Assembly: GCA_963708175.1 (NCBI GenBank) | Contig: CAVPSD010000006.1 | Span: 128,031 to 192,030 of the forward strand | DNA length: 64,000 nt | DNA from: an uncultured Acidimicrobiales bacterium | GTDB taxonomy: Bacteria; Actinomycetota; Acidimicrobiia; Acidimicrobiales; DATKAS01 | Direction of reading: 5' to 3' | Shown here: positions 47,068 through 59,426 of the stretch, one piece after another | How positions within the stretch are numbered: the first letter of the stretch is position 1 | Layout: each line of letters starts with the position of its first letter | Made by a program: the position numbers and the translations under genes | Notes under the pieces: generated by a model | What the model was told of the DNA's origin: nothing | Database searches by the model: none | Seen by the model: only the letters and a program-made list of their open reading frames with translations

Positions 47068-47946
47068 TCAAGTTCGCGGCAGTGCCGAAGGCTCGATGAT
47101 CTTCGAAGCGGCGATGGGGCCGCCGATCTGGAGCGGCACGGCCGGCAGCGGCGGGATCGGCTCACCCGCGGGGCGCGGCCACGCGATGGGCGTCGCGTCG
47201 CTGTCGATGACCTCGCCGACCGCGATCGACGCCTCGGTCCACGCTGAAGTGAGGGAACGGGTACCCGCGGGTGCTGCCGTCGGGGAAGTAGATGATCGTG
47301 TGGACGGCGCGGTCGCGGTCGGTCGTGTTCGGCTTCGCGAGGTGCACGGTCAGCCCGTGGTGGAACGCACACCGATCCGGCGCGGCACCTCGACGAACAC
47401 CGGCTCGATGCCGCGCGATCTCGGGGTCGGCAAGGATGTCCTCCGGTTCGCCGAAGAAGATGTTGACGAACTTGCGCATGCCGATGAGGTGGCTGCCGGG
47501 CACGTAGCCCATCGCACCCGATGCGAGCGTCGAACCGACGAGCGGGATCCACGCTGTGACCGAGGCAGTCTCGGCGATCGGCCAGTAGGGGTGGTCCTGG
47601 TGCGCGTCGGTCTCGCGGCCGCCCGCCTCCTTGTAGAGCGCCTGGTCGTGCCAAAGGCGGATCGCGTCGACCTCGAGCAGCTCGGCGGCCGCCTGACCGA
47701 TGCGCTGATGGAAGGTCAGCCGCCGCGACTTCGGCGTCGTCCTCCCAGAGGTTCATGCACTGGATGAACGACTGCTGGTAGCGGCTCCGCTCCGCCAACG
47801 GCGCGATGTCGATGCCCTCCCGCCGGCGATGCACGGCACCCGTCACGGCGGCCTCGAAGAACTCGAGCTCTTGAGCCGACGAGCAGGTCGGGGACCACCA
47901 CGTAGCCGTCGCGCTGGAAGGTCTCGACGATGTCAGGTGTGAGCAT
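47068..47946 (-). pseudogene. Phytanoyl-CoA dioxygenase (PhyH) family protein, heavily frameshifted (at least 3, probably 5 breaks)
   Basis: The pieces MLTPDIVETFQRDGYVVVPDLL / SAQELEFFEAAVTGAVHRRREGIDIAPLAERSRYQQSFIQCMNLWEDDAEV / RRLTFHQRIGQAAAELLEVDAIRLWHDQALYKEAGGRETDAHQDHPYWPI...GYVPGSHL... / IEPVFVEVP / CAFHHGLTVHLAKPN...HFSVDR / ASIAVGEVIDSDATPIAWP... lie in alternating frames. Breaks are near 47878-47882, 47720-47730, 47405-47418, 47378-47388 and 47230-47238. Confidence 0.7.
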
Positions 47947-49090
47947 GGGTCGTCGCCTCGTCGATGTCAGCACCGCTCATCATGTCGATGATCAGTCGGT
48001 AGAAGTGCGTGAGCAGCAGCTCGTTCTGCGGGAGCAGCGTTCCCGGTGGAGCGATGTCGGCGGCGTGCGAGCGTTGCACCCGGGCGCAGATGTCGACGTC
48101 CTGGCGGATCGTCGGATCGGCATCGAGACGTCGCTTGCCCTTGGCTCGCGTCGCGTCATCGAGGTCGGCCGGGAGGAAGCAGAGGTGCCGGAATCGAATG
48201 CGGTCGACGTCGAGCACCTGGACCGTGCCGACGTCGAAGCCGCGGCCAGAGTGCTGTAGGTAGGTCGTCGGGAAGACCCAGTTGTAGAAGTAGTACCACT
48301 GCCCCTCGGGCGGCGGTGCGTAGGTGATGCCCGCCTCGACGCCGTCGCGGAACGGGATGCGATGGTGGATCCAGTAACGCCCACCCACGGCGAGGTCGTG
48401 CTTACGAGGGTCCATCACGACCGCACGGCTGAACTCAGGGTGCGCCGTCGGACAGTGGTAGCACTCGATCGTGTTGTCCTGGAACACCTTCCAGTTCGAT
48501 GCGATCTCCCACGCGTTCTCGAACCCGAGCACGAAGTCGGCGGGAACGCACCCGCGCTCCGCCATCAGCTCGGGAAGACCTGAGGTCCACTCGGCGAACG
48601 AAGGCGCCGTCACGTCGACGTTGACCCAGACCATCGGTCCCCACACCGCGACCTGCACCGGCAGCAGGCAGATCCCCGTGGTGTCGAACGAAGGCTCCAT
48701 CTCGGCGCGTGGAGCCCTTCGAAGCGAGCCGTCGAGGTCGTAGCTCCACCCGTGGTACCCGCACCGGAGCATCGAGTGGTTGGCCGCCTCGACGACGACG
48801 GGGTAACCACGATGCCGGCAAATGTTGACGAAGCCGCGGATCTGGTCAGCTCGATCGCGCACGAGCAGTATCGGCACACCGGCGATCTCCCACACGAACT
48901 GGTCTCCCGGCGCGGCGAGCTTCGTGGTGTCGGTGACGAAGTGCCACGAGCGTCGCAAGATGCGCTCGGTCTCGCCGCGAAAGATGTCCGGGTCGGTGTA
49001 CCAAGACGACGGCAAAGACGATCCGGCGTCAACGGCCGCTCGCAGCGCGCCGGCGCCCGCCTCGTCGAGCAGCCCACTCGCGCTCGTCAT
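47933..49090 (-). CDS. Rieske (2Fe-2S) aromatic ring-hydroxylating oxygenase, alpha subunit-like
   Basis: 385 aa with CRHRGYPV...CGYHGWSY, then NWKVFQDNTIECYHCPTAHPEF. Confidence 0.85.
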   Translation of the reverse strand: MTSASGLLDEAGAGALRAAVDAGSSLPSSWYTDPDIFRGETERILRRSWHFVTDTTKLAAPGDQFVWEIAGVPILLVRDRADQIRGFVNICRHRGYPVVVEAANHSMLRCGYHGWSYDLDGSLRRAPRAEMEPSFDTTGICLLPVQVAVWGPMVWVNVDVTAPSFAEWTSGLPELMAERGCVPADFVLGFENAWEIASNWKVFQDNTIECYHCPTAHPEFSRAVVMDPRKHDLAVGGRYWIHHRIPFRDGVEAGITYAPPPEGQWYYFYNWVFPTTYLQHSGRGFDVGTVQVLDVDRIRFRHLCFLPADLDDATRAKGKRRLDADPTIRQDVDICARVQRSHAADIAPPGTLLPQNELLLTHFYRLIIDMMSGADIDEATTHAHT

Positions 49091-50034
49091 CGTTCGCCAC
49101 CGCCAGCCAACACCTCGTCGATTCGCGCGAGCGTTGCGTCGTCGAGCTTCACGCCAGACGCGGCAGCCGTCTCGTCCAACTGGTTGGGATGCGACGCGCC
49201 GACGATCGCCGATGTGACGTCGGACCTGCGAAGGATCCAGGCGAGTGCGAGCTGCGCGAGCGACAGACCGAGGTCATCAGCGATGGGTCGGAGCTCCTGC
49301 ACAGTCGTCAGCATGGCGTCGGTCGTGAACGCCCCGATGAACCCGCCCATCTCTTCGCTCGCGGCGCGAGATCCCGGCGGTGGTGGCTCGCCAGGCGCGT
49401 ACTTGCCCGTGAGCACACCTTGCGCAAGCGGGGAGAAGACGATCTGACCGATGCCGTTGTCCGCGGACAGCCCGAACAGCTCCTTTTCGGGGCGGCGCCA
49501 CAACATCGAGTACATCGGCTGGCTCGACACGAAGCGCTCGACACCGGTGAGCTCGAGCGCGGCTCTGATCTGCTTCGGCGACCACTCGCTGAACCCGATG
49601 TAGCGAGCCTTGCCGGCATGGACCGCGGCGGTGAGAGCCTCCATCGTCTCCTCGAGCGGCGTCTCCGGGTCGTACCGGTGGCACTGGTACAGATCGACGT
49701 GATCGGTGCGCAGCCGCTGCAACGAGGCATCGAGCTGCTTGCGGATCTGCGGAGCGCTGAGGCCCTTGTCGGTCGCGGACATCGGGAAGAACACCTTCGT
49801 CGCGAGCACGTAGGAATCGCGGTCGACGCTCTGGAGGGTGCTGCCGAGGAAGGTCTCCGCGGCTCCTCGTCCGTATGCGTTGGCGGTGTCGATGAAGGTG
49901 ATCCCGAGATCGAGGGCGCGGTGCACGCACGCCTCGGAGGTCGCCGCATCGACACCGACGGCGAACGTGAGCCACGATCCCAAAGCGATCTCCGAGACGC
50001 GGAGGTCGCTGTTCCCCAGGGTGCGGAGCTGCAT
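49087..50034 (-). CDS. Aldo/keto reductase
   Basis: 315 aa with LGITFIDTANAYGRGAAE, DLYQCHRYD, ARYIGFSEW and LAWILR. Confidence 0.85.
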   Translation of the reverse strand: MQLRTLGNSDLRVSEIALGSWLTFAVGVDAATSEACVHRALDLGITFIDTANAYGRGAAETFLGSTLQSVDRDSYVLATKVFFPMSATDKGLSAPQIRKQLDASLQRLRTDHVDLYQCHRYDPETPLEETMEALTAAVHAGKARYIGFSEWSPKQIRAALELTGVERFVSSQPMYSMLWRRPEKELFGLSADNGIGQIVFSPLAQGVLTGKYAPGEPPPPGSRAASEEMGGFIGAFTTDAMLTTVQELRPIADDLGLSLAQLALAWILRRSDVTSAIVGASHPNQLDETAAASGVKLDDATLARIDEVLAGGGER

Positions 50035-50042
50035 CGCCCGCC

Positions 50043-50052
50043 AAGTTACCGT
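50043..50052. promoter_or_regulatory. Overlapping back-to-back -10 boxes (AAGTTACCGT) in a 26-bp divergent intergenic region
   Basis: Plus-strand TACCGT (50047-50052) ends 8 nt before the ATG at 50061. Minus-strand TAACTT (50048-50043) ends 8 nt before the ATG at 50034. The two hexamers share the central TA. No SD is present on either side. Confidence 0.4.
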
Positions 50053-50060
50053 CGCGGTCG

Positions 50061-52469
<2,409 letters not shown>

Positions 52470-52487
52470 CACCTCGACCGAGCCCGG

Positions 52488-52531
52488 GATTGGTAGCTCG
52501 GGGATCAAATGAGTGCCCCGAACTACCAATC
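52488..52531. terminator. 16-bp-stem hairpin (one mismatch) downstream of the HerA-like gene
   Basis: gattggtagctcgggg / loop atcaaatgagtg / ccccgaactaccaatc. It starts 19 nt after the stop and has no U tract. Confidence 0.5.
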
Positions 52532-52627
52532 TCGACCGGAACACCCCTCGGTACGCTGAGGGCCGCCCAATGCTCCCGACGAGTCGCTGATCGCGTCGCC
52601 GGTCGCCGCGGATTAGCGTCGGCGGTC

Positions 52628-53639
52628 GTGCGCCTCTCCGATCTTCCGACTCCAGCGCTCATCGTCGACGCCGCCGACCTTCAGCACAACCTCACGACGA
52701 TGGCCGCGGCACTTCCCGGCAGTCGTTGCCGTCCCCACGTCAAGGCGCACAAGTGCACCTCGCTCGCGGGCGAGCAGCTCGCCGTCGGTCATCGGTCGTT
52801 CACCTGCGCGACGCCACTCGAGGTCGTCGGGATGGCGAAGGCGGGCCTCGGCGAGGACCTCCTCCTCGCGAACGAGTGCGTTGACGCCGAGCGACTCCGA
52901 GACATGGCCTCGCTGGGCGATGCTCGGGTCACGGTGGCGGTCGACAGCGAGGCGACGATCGACGCCGCGGCGAACGCGGGCATCCGTGAGGTGCTGATCG
53001 ACGTGAACGTCGGCCTCCCCCGATGCGGTTGTTCGCCCGAGGACGCTGGCCGGCTCGCCGACCTCGCACGGGCCAAAGGCATCGGGGTCCGCGGCGTCAT
53101 GGGCTACGAGGGTCATGTGATGCCCGTCGTCGATCGGGCGGATCGCGCCGCCCAGGTCCAGGAGTGCATGGCCAAGCTCGAGGCCGCGGCACGATCTCGT
53201 GGGCGGCGACGTGACGTCGGCTGGCGGCACCGGCACCTACGACCTCCACCGGTGGGCGAATGAGATCCAGGCCGGGTCGTACGCGCTGATGGACACTTAC
53301 TACGGACGGCTCGGCCTGCCGTTCCGCCAAGCCTTGTCCGTGTGGACAACGGTCATCTCGGCGTCCCCGAAGTGGATGGTGTGCGACGCGGGCCTGAAGT
53401 CACTCGGGATGGATCACGGGGACCCCTCGATCGACGGGGCGAAGGTGTGGTTCTGCTCGGACGAGCACGTGACGTTCGCACCGGAGGACGGCAGCCCGCT
53501 CCGCCACCTCCGCGTCGGCGATCACGTGAAGGTGCTTCCCGCTCATGTGGACCCGACAATGGCGCTCCACGAGCGTGTGCACATCGTCAGTGGCGAGGAC
53601 GTGCTCGACACGTGGGCGATCGATCTGCGCGGTTGGTAG
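52628..53639 (+). pseudogene. DSD1-family PLP enzyme (D-serine dehydratase / D-threonine aldolase-like), frame broken once
   Basis: The N part (V)RLSDLPTPALIVDAADLQHNL...RPHVKAHKC...VMGYEGH...KLEAAA is in the frame of ORF 50444..53263. The C part HDLVGGDVTSAGGTGTYDL...AGSYALMD...LPAHVDPT is in ORF 53199..53639. The break is near 53186-53191. Confidence 0.7.
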
Positions 53640-53640
53640 C

Positions 53641-54231
53641 TCAAAGCAGCTTCGCGGCAAGGGCCCGGAGCGCGCGACCGCGATGCGACATGTCGTGCTT
53701 CTCGGAATCCGACATCTCTGCGAAGGTGCGACCGTCGCCCTCATCGGGAATGAACACGGGGTCGTAACCGAAGCCGCGATCACCGAGAGGCTCGACGGCG
53801 ATGTGGCCCCGCACGATCCCTTCGGCGGCCACCTCCCGCCCATCCGGCCAGCACACCATCGCGACCGTGATGAACCGGGCCGTTCGCTGCACAGGTGGCA
53901 CACCCCGCAGCGACTCGAGCAGCAGCGCGACGTTGTCGGCATAGGTCGAGTCGACCCCGGCGTACCGAGCGGTATGGACACCGGGGGCTCGGCCGAGGAA
54001 GTCCACCTCCAGGCCGGTGTCGTCGGCGAGCGCGGGCTCGCCGACCACGGCCGCGATCGCAGCCGCCTTCAGGCGAGCATTGCCTTCGAGCGTGTCCGCG
54101 GTCTCCGCGACATCGGGAACCGACGCCGGACGCGGCACGGCCTCGATGCCGAGCGGGCCGACGATGTCGAGGATCTCCTTCGCCTTGTCGGGGTTCGCAC
54201 TCGCCAACACGACTCGCACAGCCGACCTCAC
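53641..54231 (-). CDS. rdgB: Non-canonical purine NTP pyrophosphatase (RdgB/HAM1)
   Basis: [36 protein letters not shown]. Confidence 0.9.
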   Translation of the reverse strand: MRSAVRVVLASANPDKAKEILDIVGPLGIEAVPRPASVPDVAETADTLEGNARLKAAAIAAVVGEPALADDTGLEVDFLGRAPGVHTARYAGVDSTYADNVALLLESLRGVPPVQRTARFITVAMVCWPDGREVAAEGIVRGHIAVEPLGDRGFGYDPVFIPDEGDGRTFAEMSDSEKHDMSHRGRALRALAAKLL

Positions 54232-54962
54232 CGAGGCGCCGGCGACTCGGCGAGCAACTCGTCCTGGAGGGCGAAGACCTCGCGTATGCCCTTCTCCGCC
54301 AGGCCGAGCAGAACGTCGAGCTCGTTGCGCGAGAAGGCGATTCCCTCTGCCGTGCCTTGCACCTCGACGAAGCGACCTGAGGAGAGCATCACGACGTTCA
54401 TGTCGACCTCAGCCATCGAGTCCTCGATGTAGGGGAGGTCGAGCGCGGCCTCGCCGCTCACGATGCCGACCGAGATCGCCCCGCAGCGCTCGGCGATCGC
54501 GTGCTGCTTGATGGTGCCCGTCTGCACCAGCCGGCTGATGGCGTCGTGCAACGCGAGGTAGCCGCCACAGATCGAGGCGGTGCGGGTCCCACCGTCGGCT
54601 TGCAGCACATCGCAATCCACGATCACCTGACGCTCGCCGAGGATCCGCATGTCAGTGACCGCCCGCAGCGATCGCCCGATGAGCCTCTGGATCTCTTGGG
54701 TGCGCCCCGACACGCGGCCTTTTGCCGCCTCGCGCTCGATGCGCTCGGGCGACGAACCCGGAAGCATCGAGTACTCCGCGGTGACCCAGCCCTTGCCGCT
54801 CCCCCGCATCCACCGCGGCGTGTCTTCGTCGACCGATGCCGTGCAGAGCACCCGGGTGCGACCGAACGAGACGAGTGCCGATCCCGCTGCCATCTCGGTG
54901 TAGTCGCGCTCGAAGGTGATCGGCCGCAGCTCGTCCGCGGCGCGGCCATCAGGTCTGGGCAT
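54228..54962 (-). CDS. rph: Ribonuclease PH
   Basis: [55 protein letters not shown]. Confidence 0.95.
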   Translation of the reverse strand: MPRPDGRAADELRPITFERDYTEMAAGSALVSFGRTRVLCTASVDEDTPRWMRGSGKGWVTAEYSMLPGSSPERIEREAAKGRVSGRTQEIQRLIGRSLRAVTDMRILGERQVIVDCDVLQADGGTRTASICGGYLALHDAISRLVQTGTIKQHAIAERCGAISVGIVSGEAALDLPYIEDSMAEVDMNVVMLSSGRFVEVQGTAEGIAFSRNELDVLLGLAEKGIREVFALQDELLAESPAPR

Positions 54963-54986
54963 GTGCGCTCCTCACTGCACCACCGC

Positions 54987-55721
54987 TCACGCGGTGAACG
55001 TCTTGCCGGGGACCGCGACACCGACGCCGCGGCCAAACGCTTCGGCGGCTTCGCCCTCGTGACGACGGGGATCGGACGTCGGCCAGAAGTGGGTCACGAC
55101 GAGCTGACGCACCTTCGCGTCTGCCGCGGAGCGTCCCGCTTGGCGCGCCGACAGATGCGGTGCCGTGCCCTCGGTCTCGGCGAGCAACGTGGCTTCGCAG
55201 ATCGCGAGATCGGCGGCGAGACCGAGCGCCTCGAGCGACCACTCCGGCCCGGTGTCGGCCGAGTAGAGCAGCGACTTGCCGTCGCTGTCGATCCGCATGC
55301 CGAGCGTCTCCACCGGATGATCGGTGCGACTGAACGAGAACGTCATGTCGCCGATCGTGACCCGGTCGCCGTCGGCGACGATCCCCCAGCGGAACGTCGG
55401 CTCGGACGAGTCGCCGCACACGATGTCGACGAGCTGGCGCACGGCCGAGGTGGAGTAGACGGGCATCCCTTCGACCTGGAAGCCGTACTTCAGCGCGTTG
55501 CGCAACACGCCCAGCTCGCCCCAGTGATCGGGATGGCTGTGGCTCACGACCACGGCGTCGAGCGCGGTGACCTCGATGTGCTCTTGCAGGTTGCCGAGCG
55601 TGCCCGGCCCGGTGTCGACCCAGACGTTCGTGCTCGCGCTGCGCACGAGGTATCCGCTGCACGCACCACCCGGCCCGGCGTAGGTGCCCGAGCAGCCGAG
55701 GACCGTGACGCTCAGGCCCAC
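54987..55721 (-). CDS. MBL-fold metallo-hydrolase (position and sequence resemble mycobacterial Rv1339-type proteins)
   Basis: The GTG at 55721 overlaps the murI stop. Sequence VTVLGCSGTYAGPGGACSGYLV, VVVSHSHPDHWGEL, SADTGP. It sits between murI and rph, as in mycobacteria. Confidence 0.75.
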   Translation of the reverse strand: MGLSVTVLGCSGTYAGPGGACSGYLVRSASTNVWVDTGPGTLGNLQEHIEVTALDAVVVSHSHPDHWGELGVLRNALKYGFQVEGMPVYSTSAVRQLVDIVCGDSSEPTFRWGIVADGDRVTIGDMTFSFSRTDHPVETLGMRIDSDGKSLLYSADTGPEWSLEALGLAADLAICEATLLAETEGTAPHLSARQAGRSAADAKVRQLVVTHFWPTSDPRRHEGEAAEAFGRGVGVAVPGKTFTA

Positions 55722-56521
55722 GAGAGCGCCTCGGCATGATCGAGCTCGGGCCCGAGCAACCGGCGGCCGAGCTCCTCGAACCAGCGCACGTCGCCCGACG
55801 AGAGGAAGCGGTGGGTCGCCGGCACGCAACCCGCCGGCCGCGCGAGCTGCGTCGCGTCGAGCACCGACCGCACCTCGAACGCCGTCTCGTCTGCCGACGA
55901 CACGAGCACGACGTCGCGGCCCATCACGTCGCTGATCGTACGGGCGAGGTACGGATAGTGAGTGCAGCCGAGCAGCAACGAGTCGACCTCGTCTTCGCTC
56001 ATCGGCGCGAGCAGACGTTCGGCCAGCACGGTGACCTGATCGCCGGTCGTCTCGCCGCGCTCGACGAACTCGACGAATCCCGGGCAGGCCGCGCACGTGA
56101 GCTCGACCGGAGCCTCGGTCGCCGCGACCGCGCGTTGGTACGCGCCCGAGCCGATCGTCCCCACTGTTCCGATGACGCCGACGCGCCTGTTGCGGGTCGC
56201 GGCGATGAGCGCGCGGACCCCGGGCTCGATGACACCGATGACAGGCACGGGTAGCTCGACGGAGAGCCCGTCGAGCGCGGCGGCCGCCGCGGTGTTGCAG
56301 GCGACGACGACCACCTTGACGCCGAACTCGTCGACGAGGGTGTGCCCGATCTCGAGCGCGAAGTCCTTCACCTCGGGCTGCGGCCTGGGCCCGTAGGGGT
56401 AGCGGCCAGTGTCCCCGATGTACACAAGGTGCTCGTCGGGAAGGAGGTCCATGACCGCTCGCGCGACCGTGAGGCCGCCGAAGCCGCTGTCGAACATCCC
56501 GATCGGGCGGTCGTCGGCCAC
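55712..56521 (-). CDS. murI: Glutamate racemase
   Basis: IGMFDSGFGGLTV, YIGDTGRYPYG, VVVACNTA, LGCTHYP. Confidence 0.95.
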   Translation of the reverse strand: MADDRPIGMFDSGFGGLTVARAVMDLLPDEHLVYIGDTGRYPYGPRPQPEVKDFALEIGHTLVDEFGVKVVVVACNTAAAAALDGLSVELPVPVIGVIEPGVRALIAATRNRRVGVIGTVGTIGSGAYQRAVAATEAPVELTCAACPGFVEFVERGETTGDQVTVLAERLLAPMSEDEVDSLLLGCTHYPYLARTISDVMGRDVVLVSSADETAFEVRSVLDATQLARPAGCVPATHRFLSSGDVRWFEELGRRLLGPELDHAEALSWA

Positions 56522-56558
56522 CCGAAGAGGCTACGGGCGAAACTGAGGCCTTCCGGGG

Positions 56559-57509
56559 TCAGAAGTAGATGATCTTCTTCGCCCGCTCCTCGACCACGTC
56601 GAGGTCGTCGGTCCAGGCGCCGGTCGACAGGTACTTCCACCCGCCGTCGCACACGATGTACACGATCACGCCCTCGTCGATGCGCTCGGCGACGCGCGCC
56701 GCGCCCGCGAGCGCGGCGCCCGCGGAGATGCCGGAGAACACGCCGACGTCGGCCATGCGCCGCGTCCACTCGAGCGACTCGCGCGGCCGCACGATGCGCT
56801 TCCCGTCGAGCAGCTCGGTGCCGTGCCACGCCTCGTAGACCGGCGGGATGAACCCTTCGTCGAGGTTGCGGAGACCCTCGACCGCCTCACCGACAGGCGG
56901 CTCGACCGCGAGCACCTTGATGGCGGGGTTCTGCTCCTTGAGGTAGCGCCCGACGCCCATGAGGGTGCCGCTCGTGCCGAGCCCGGCGACGAAGTGCGTG
57001 ATCTCGGGGCAGTCGCGCCAGATCTCGGGGCCGGTGCCCTCGTAGTGCGCACGCGGGTTGGCGTCGTTGGCGTACTGATAGAGGAAGCACCACTCGGGAT
57101 GCTCCTCGGCCATCGCCCGCGCGCGGCGCACCGCGCCGTTCGAGCCCTCCCCGCCGGGCGTCGACACGATCTCCGCGCTGAACACCTCGAGCAGCTGGCG
57201 GCGCTCGATCGATACGTTCTCGGGCAGCACGATCGTGATCGGATAGCCCTTGATCCGCGCGATCCCCGCGAGTGCGATGCCGGTGTTCCCAGACGATGGC
57301 TCGAGGATGCGCTGGCCGGGACTGAGCGAGCCGTCCTTCTCGGCCGCCTCGATCATCGCGAGGGCGATGCGATCCTTCACGGAGCCGAACGGGTTCTGGC
57401 TCTCCATCTTGGCGAGGATCCGCACGCGCGGGTTCGGGCTGAGCGCGCTCACGTCGACGAGCGGGGTGTTGCCGATCATGTCGAGGACCGAGGCGAAGAC
57501 TGCTGCCAT
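56559..57509 (-). CDS. cysM: PLP-dependent cysteine synthase (CysM/CysK family)
   Basis: IGNTPLV, ESQNPFGSVKDR (PLP Lys), SSGNTGIALA, GLGTSGTLMG. Confidence 0.85.
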   Translation of the reverse strand: MAAVFASVLDMIGNTPLVDVSALSPNPRVRILAKMESQNPFGSVKDRIALAMIEAAEKDGSLSPGQRILEPSSGNTGIALAGIARIKGYPITIVLPENVSIERRQLLEVFSAEIVSTPGGEGSNGAVRRARAMAEEHPEWCFLYQYANDANPRAHYEGTGPEIWRDCPEITHFVAGLGTSGTLMGVGRYLKEQNPAIKVLAVEPPVGEAVEGLRNLDEGFIPPVYEAWHGTELLDGKRIVRPRESLEWTRRMADVGVFSGISAGAALAGAARVAERIDEGVIVYIVCDGGWKYLSTGAWTDDLDVVEERAKKIIYF

Positions 57510-57572
57510 CGAGCGAAATGTTACCGGGACGGTCGGCTTTTGCCGGCCGCCCCGGCTGGGATTTGCCCGGCC

Positions 57573-58106
57573 TCAGATTCGCTCGATCGCGAACGGAACT
57601 GATGTCGGGTGGGCCGAGAAGCGGCCGAGGAAGACCCGGATGGGGCTCGCCTGCGATCCGTCGATCTTGGCGTTCACGGTGATGCCCGGGCCACAGTGGA
57701 CGCGGAAGTCCACACCGTCGAGAGCTCCGTAGTTCGAGAACCGCATCAAGAGCGTGGTGCCGTCGTTGATGAGCACGTCGCCTCGTTCCGTCAGGCGCTC
57801 GACGCCGTACAGCCCGCTCGGGGCCGTGATCTTCACCTCGAAGACCTGCCGCGCGGTGCCGCGGTGCGTCACCCGCAGGTGCCACCCGTAGGAGTCGTGC
57901 CAGAGGTAGACGCCCTGCGCGCCCTGCGCGTGCACGCCCGCGGGACGACCGTCCACCCAGCCGGGCCAGTGGCCGGCTTCACACGTCGCGTTGTCCGCGG
58001 CTGCCTCGGTGCTCGTGTCGGCTCCGGCGGGGCTGGCCGCGAACGCCAGGGTGCCGAGCGAGAGTGAACCCGCCACGGCCATCCCGATCAATCGTGCGAG
58101 CTTCAT
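57573..58106 (-). CDS. Secreted hypothetical protein
   Basis: The ATG at 58106 is preceded by CAGGAGG. Signal peptide MKLARLIGMAVAGSLSLGTLAFA. 177 aa, with no family I recognise. Confidence 0.6.
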   Translation of the reverse strand: MKLARLIGMAVAGSLSLGTLAFAASPAGADTSTEAAADNATCEAGHWPGWVDGRPAGVHAQGAQGVYLWHDSYGWHLRVTHRGTARQVFEVKITAPSGLYGVERLTERGDVLINDGTTLLMRFSNYGALDGVDFRVHCGPGITVNAKIDGSQASPIRVFLGRFSAHPTSVPFAIERI

Positions 58107-58205
58107 GGTGACCTCCTGAGAAGAGCTGTCGCCATGAAGGTGACCGTCACCTGTGGGCCGGACGCGAGGGACTGATGAGGAATCTGTGAGCAGTAGCGTC
58201 GCCCC

Positions 58206-59426
58206 ATGACGAGGACGGTGCTCCACGGCGGGATGGTCTTCGACGGCACCGGCGCGGCAGCCGCGTCCGGCGATGTGCTCATCGAGGACGGCAGGATCCT
58301 CGGCGTCGCGTCACAGCTGGATGGCGACGAGGGCATCGACGTCAGCGGCAAATGGGTGCTCCCCGGCTTCTTCGACTGCCATACGCACGTGATGTTCGGC
58401 CCCGAGCTCATGGACGTCAGTCGCCGCGTGAACACCCCGTTCTCGACGCGCTTCTACGACGCGGTGCACAACCTCGAGGCGACGCTCCGCCAAGGTGTCA
58501 CGACGATCCGCGATGCCGCCGGCGCGGACCTCGGGGTCAAGACGGCGGTCGATCGCGGGCGCATCCCCGGGCCCCGGATGCAGATCTCGATCACGATGCT
58601 GAGCCAGACCGGTGGCCACGGCGACGGATGGACGCTGTGCGGCGCGGACCTCGCCCTCGGTGGGGAGTACCCCGGCATGCCCCGCGCGGTCGTCGACGGC
58701 CCCGAGGCGATGCGCCACAAGGTGCGCGAGCTCATTCGTGCAGGCGCTGACGTTCTGAAGGTGGCGACCTCGGGCGGCGTGCTCTCACCCCGCGACGATC
58801 CAAGGCACGGCCACTTCCGCGACGACGAGCTCGAGGTGCTCGTCGCCGAAGCGACCGCTGCCGGCAAGTACGTCATGGCGCACGCCCAGGCTACCGACGG
58901 CATCAAGGCCGCGATCCGCACCGGCATCCGCTCGATCGAGCACGGCATCTATCTCGACGACGAGGCCATCCAGATGATGCTCGATCGCGGCACCTTCCTC
59001 GTCCCCACGCTCTCTGCTCCCCGCGGTGTCTTCGCCGCACGCGACGCGGGCATCCCCGTCCCGGAGGTGTTCATCAAGAAGTGCGAGATGGTGATCGACA
59101 TCCACATGGAGTCGATCCGCCGAGCGATCGCGGCGGGCGTGAAGGTGGCGATGGGCACCGACTCGGGCGTCTGCCCGCACGGTCAGAACGCGCGTGAGCT
59201 CGCGTTGATGGCCGAGTGCGGCATGTCACCCACCGACGCGCTCGTCGCGACGACGCGTACCTCCGCGGACCTGCTCGGCGTGGCCGACGATCTCGGCACG
59301 ATCGCGGAAGGCAAGCGCGCCGACCTCGTGGTCGTCGACGGTGATCCGTTGGACCTCGAGAAGCTGCCCGATCGCATCAGCCAGGTCTGGAAGGACGGCG
59401 TGCGCGTCGTCGACACCGCCGCCTAG
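58206..59426 (+). CDS. Amidohydrolase family metal-dependent hydrolase
   Basis: 406 aa with VLPGFFDCHTHV (HxH), MAHAQ, IEHG and GTDSG. Confidence 0.85.
   Translation: MTRTVLHGGMVFDGTGAAAASGDVLIEDGRILGVASQLDGDEGIDVSGKWVLPGFFDCHTHVMFGPELMDVSRRVNTPFSTRFYDAVHNLEATLRQGVTTIRDAAGADLGVKTAVDRGRIPGPRMQISITMLSQTGGHGDGWTLCGADLALGGEYPGMPRAVVDGPEAMRHKVRELIRAGADVLKVATSGGVLSPRDDPRHGHFRDDELEVLVAEATAAGKYVMAHAQATDGIKAAIRTGIRSIEHGIYLDDEAIQMMLDRGTFLVPTLSAPRGVFAARDAGIPVPEVFIKKCEMVIDIHMESIRRAIAAGVKVAMGTDSGVCPHGQNARELALMAECGMSPTDALVATTRTSADLLGVADDLGTIAEGKRADLVVVDGDPLDLEKLPDRISQVWKDGVRVVDTAA

Noticed and set aside
46982-47767. 261-aa plus-strand ORF overlapping the tRNA
   Set aside because: It starts inside tRNA-Leu and runs antisense to the PhyH pseudogene, with no motifs.
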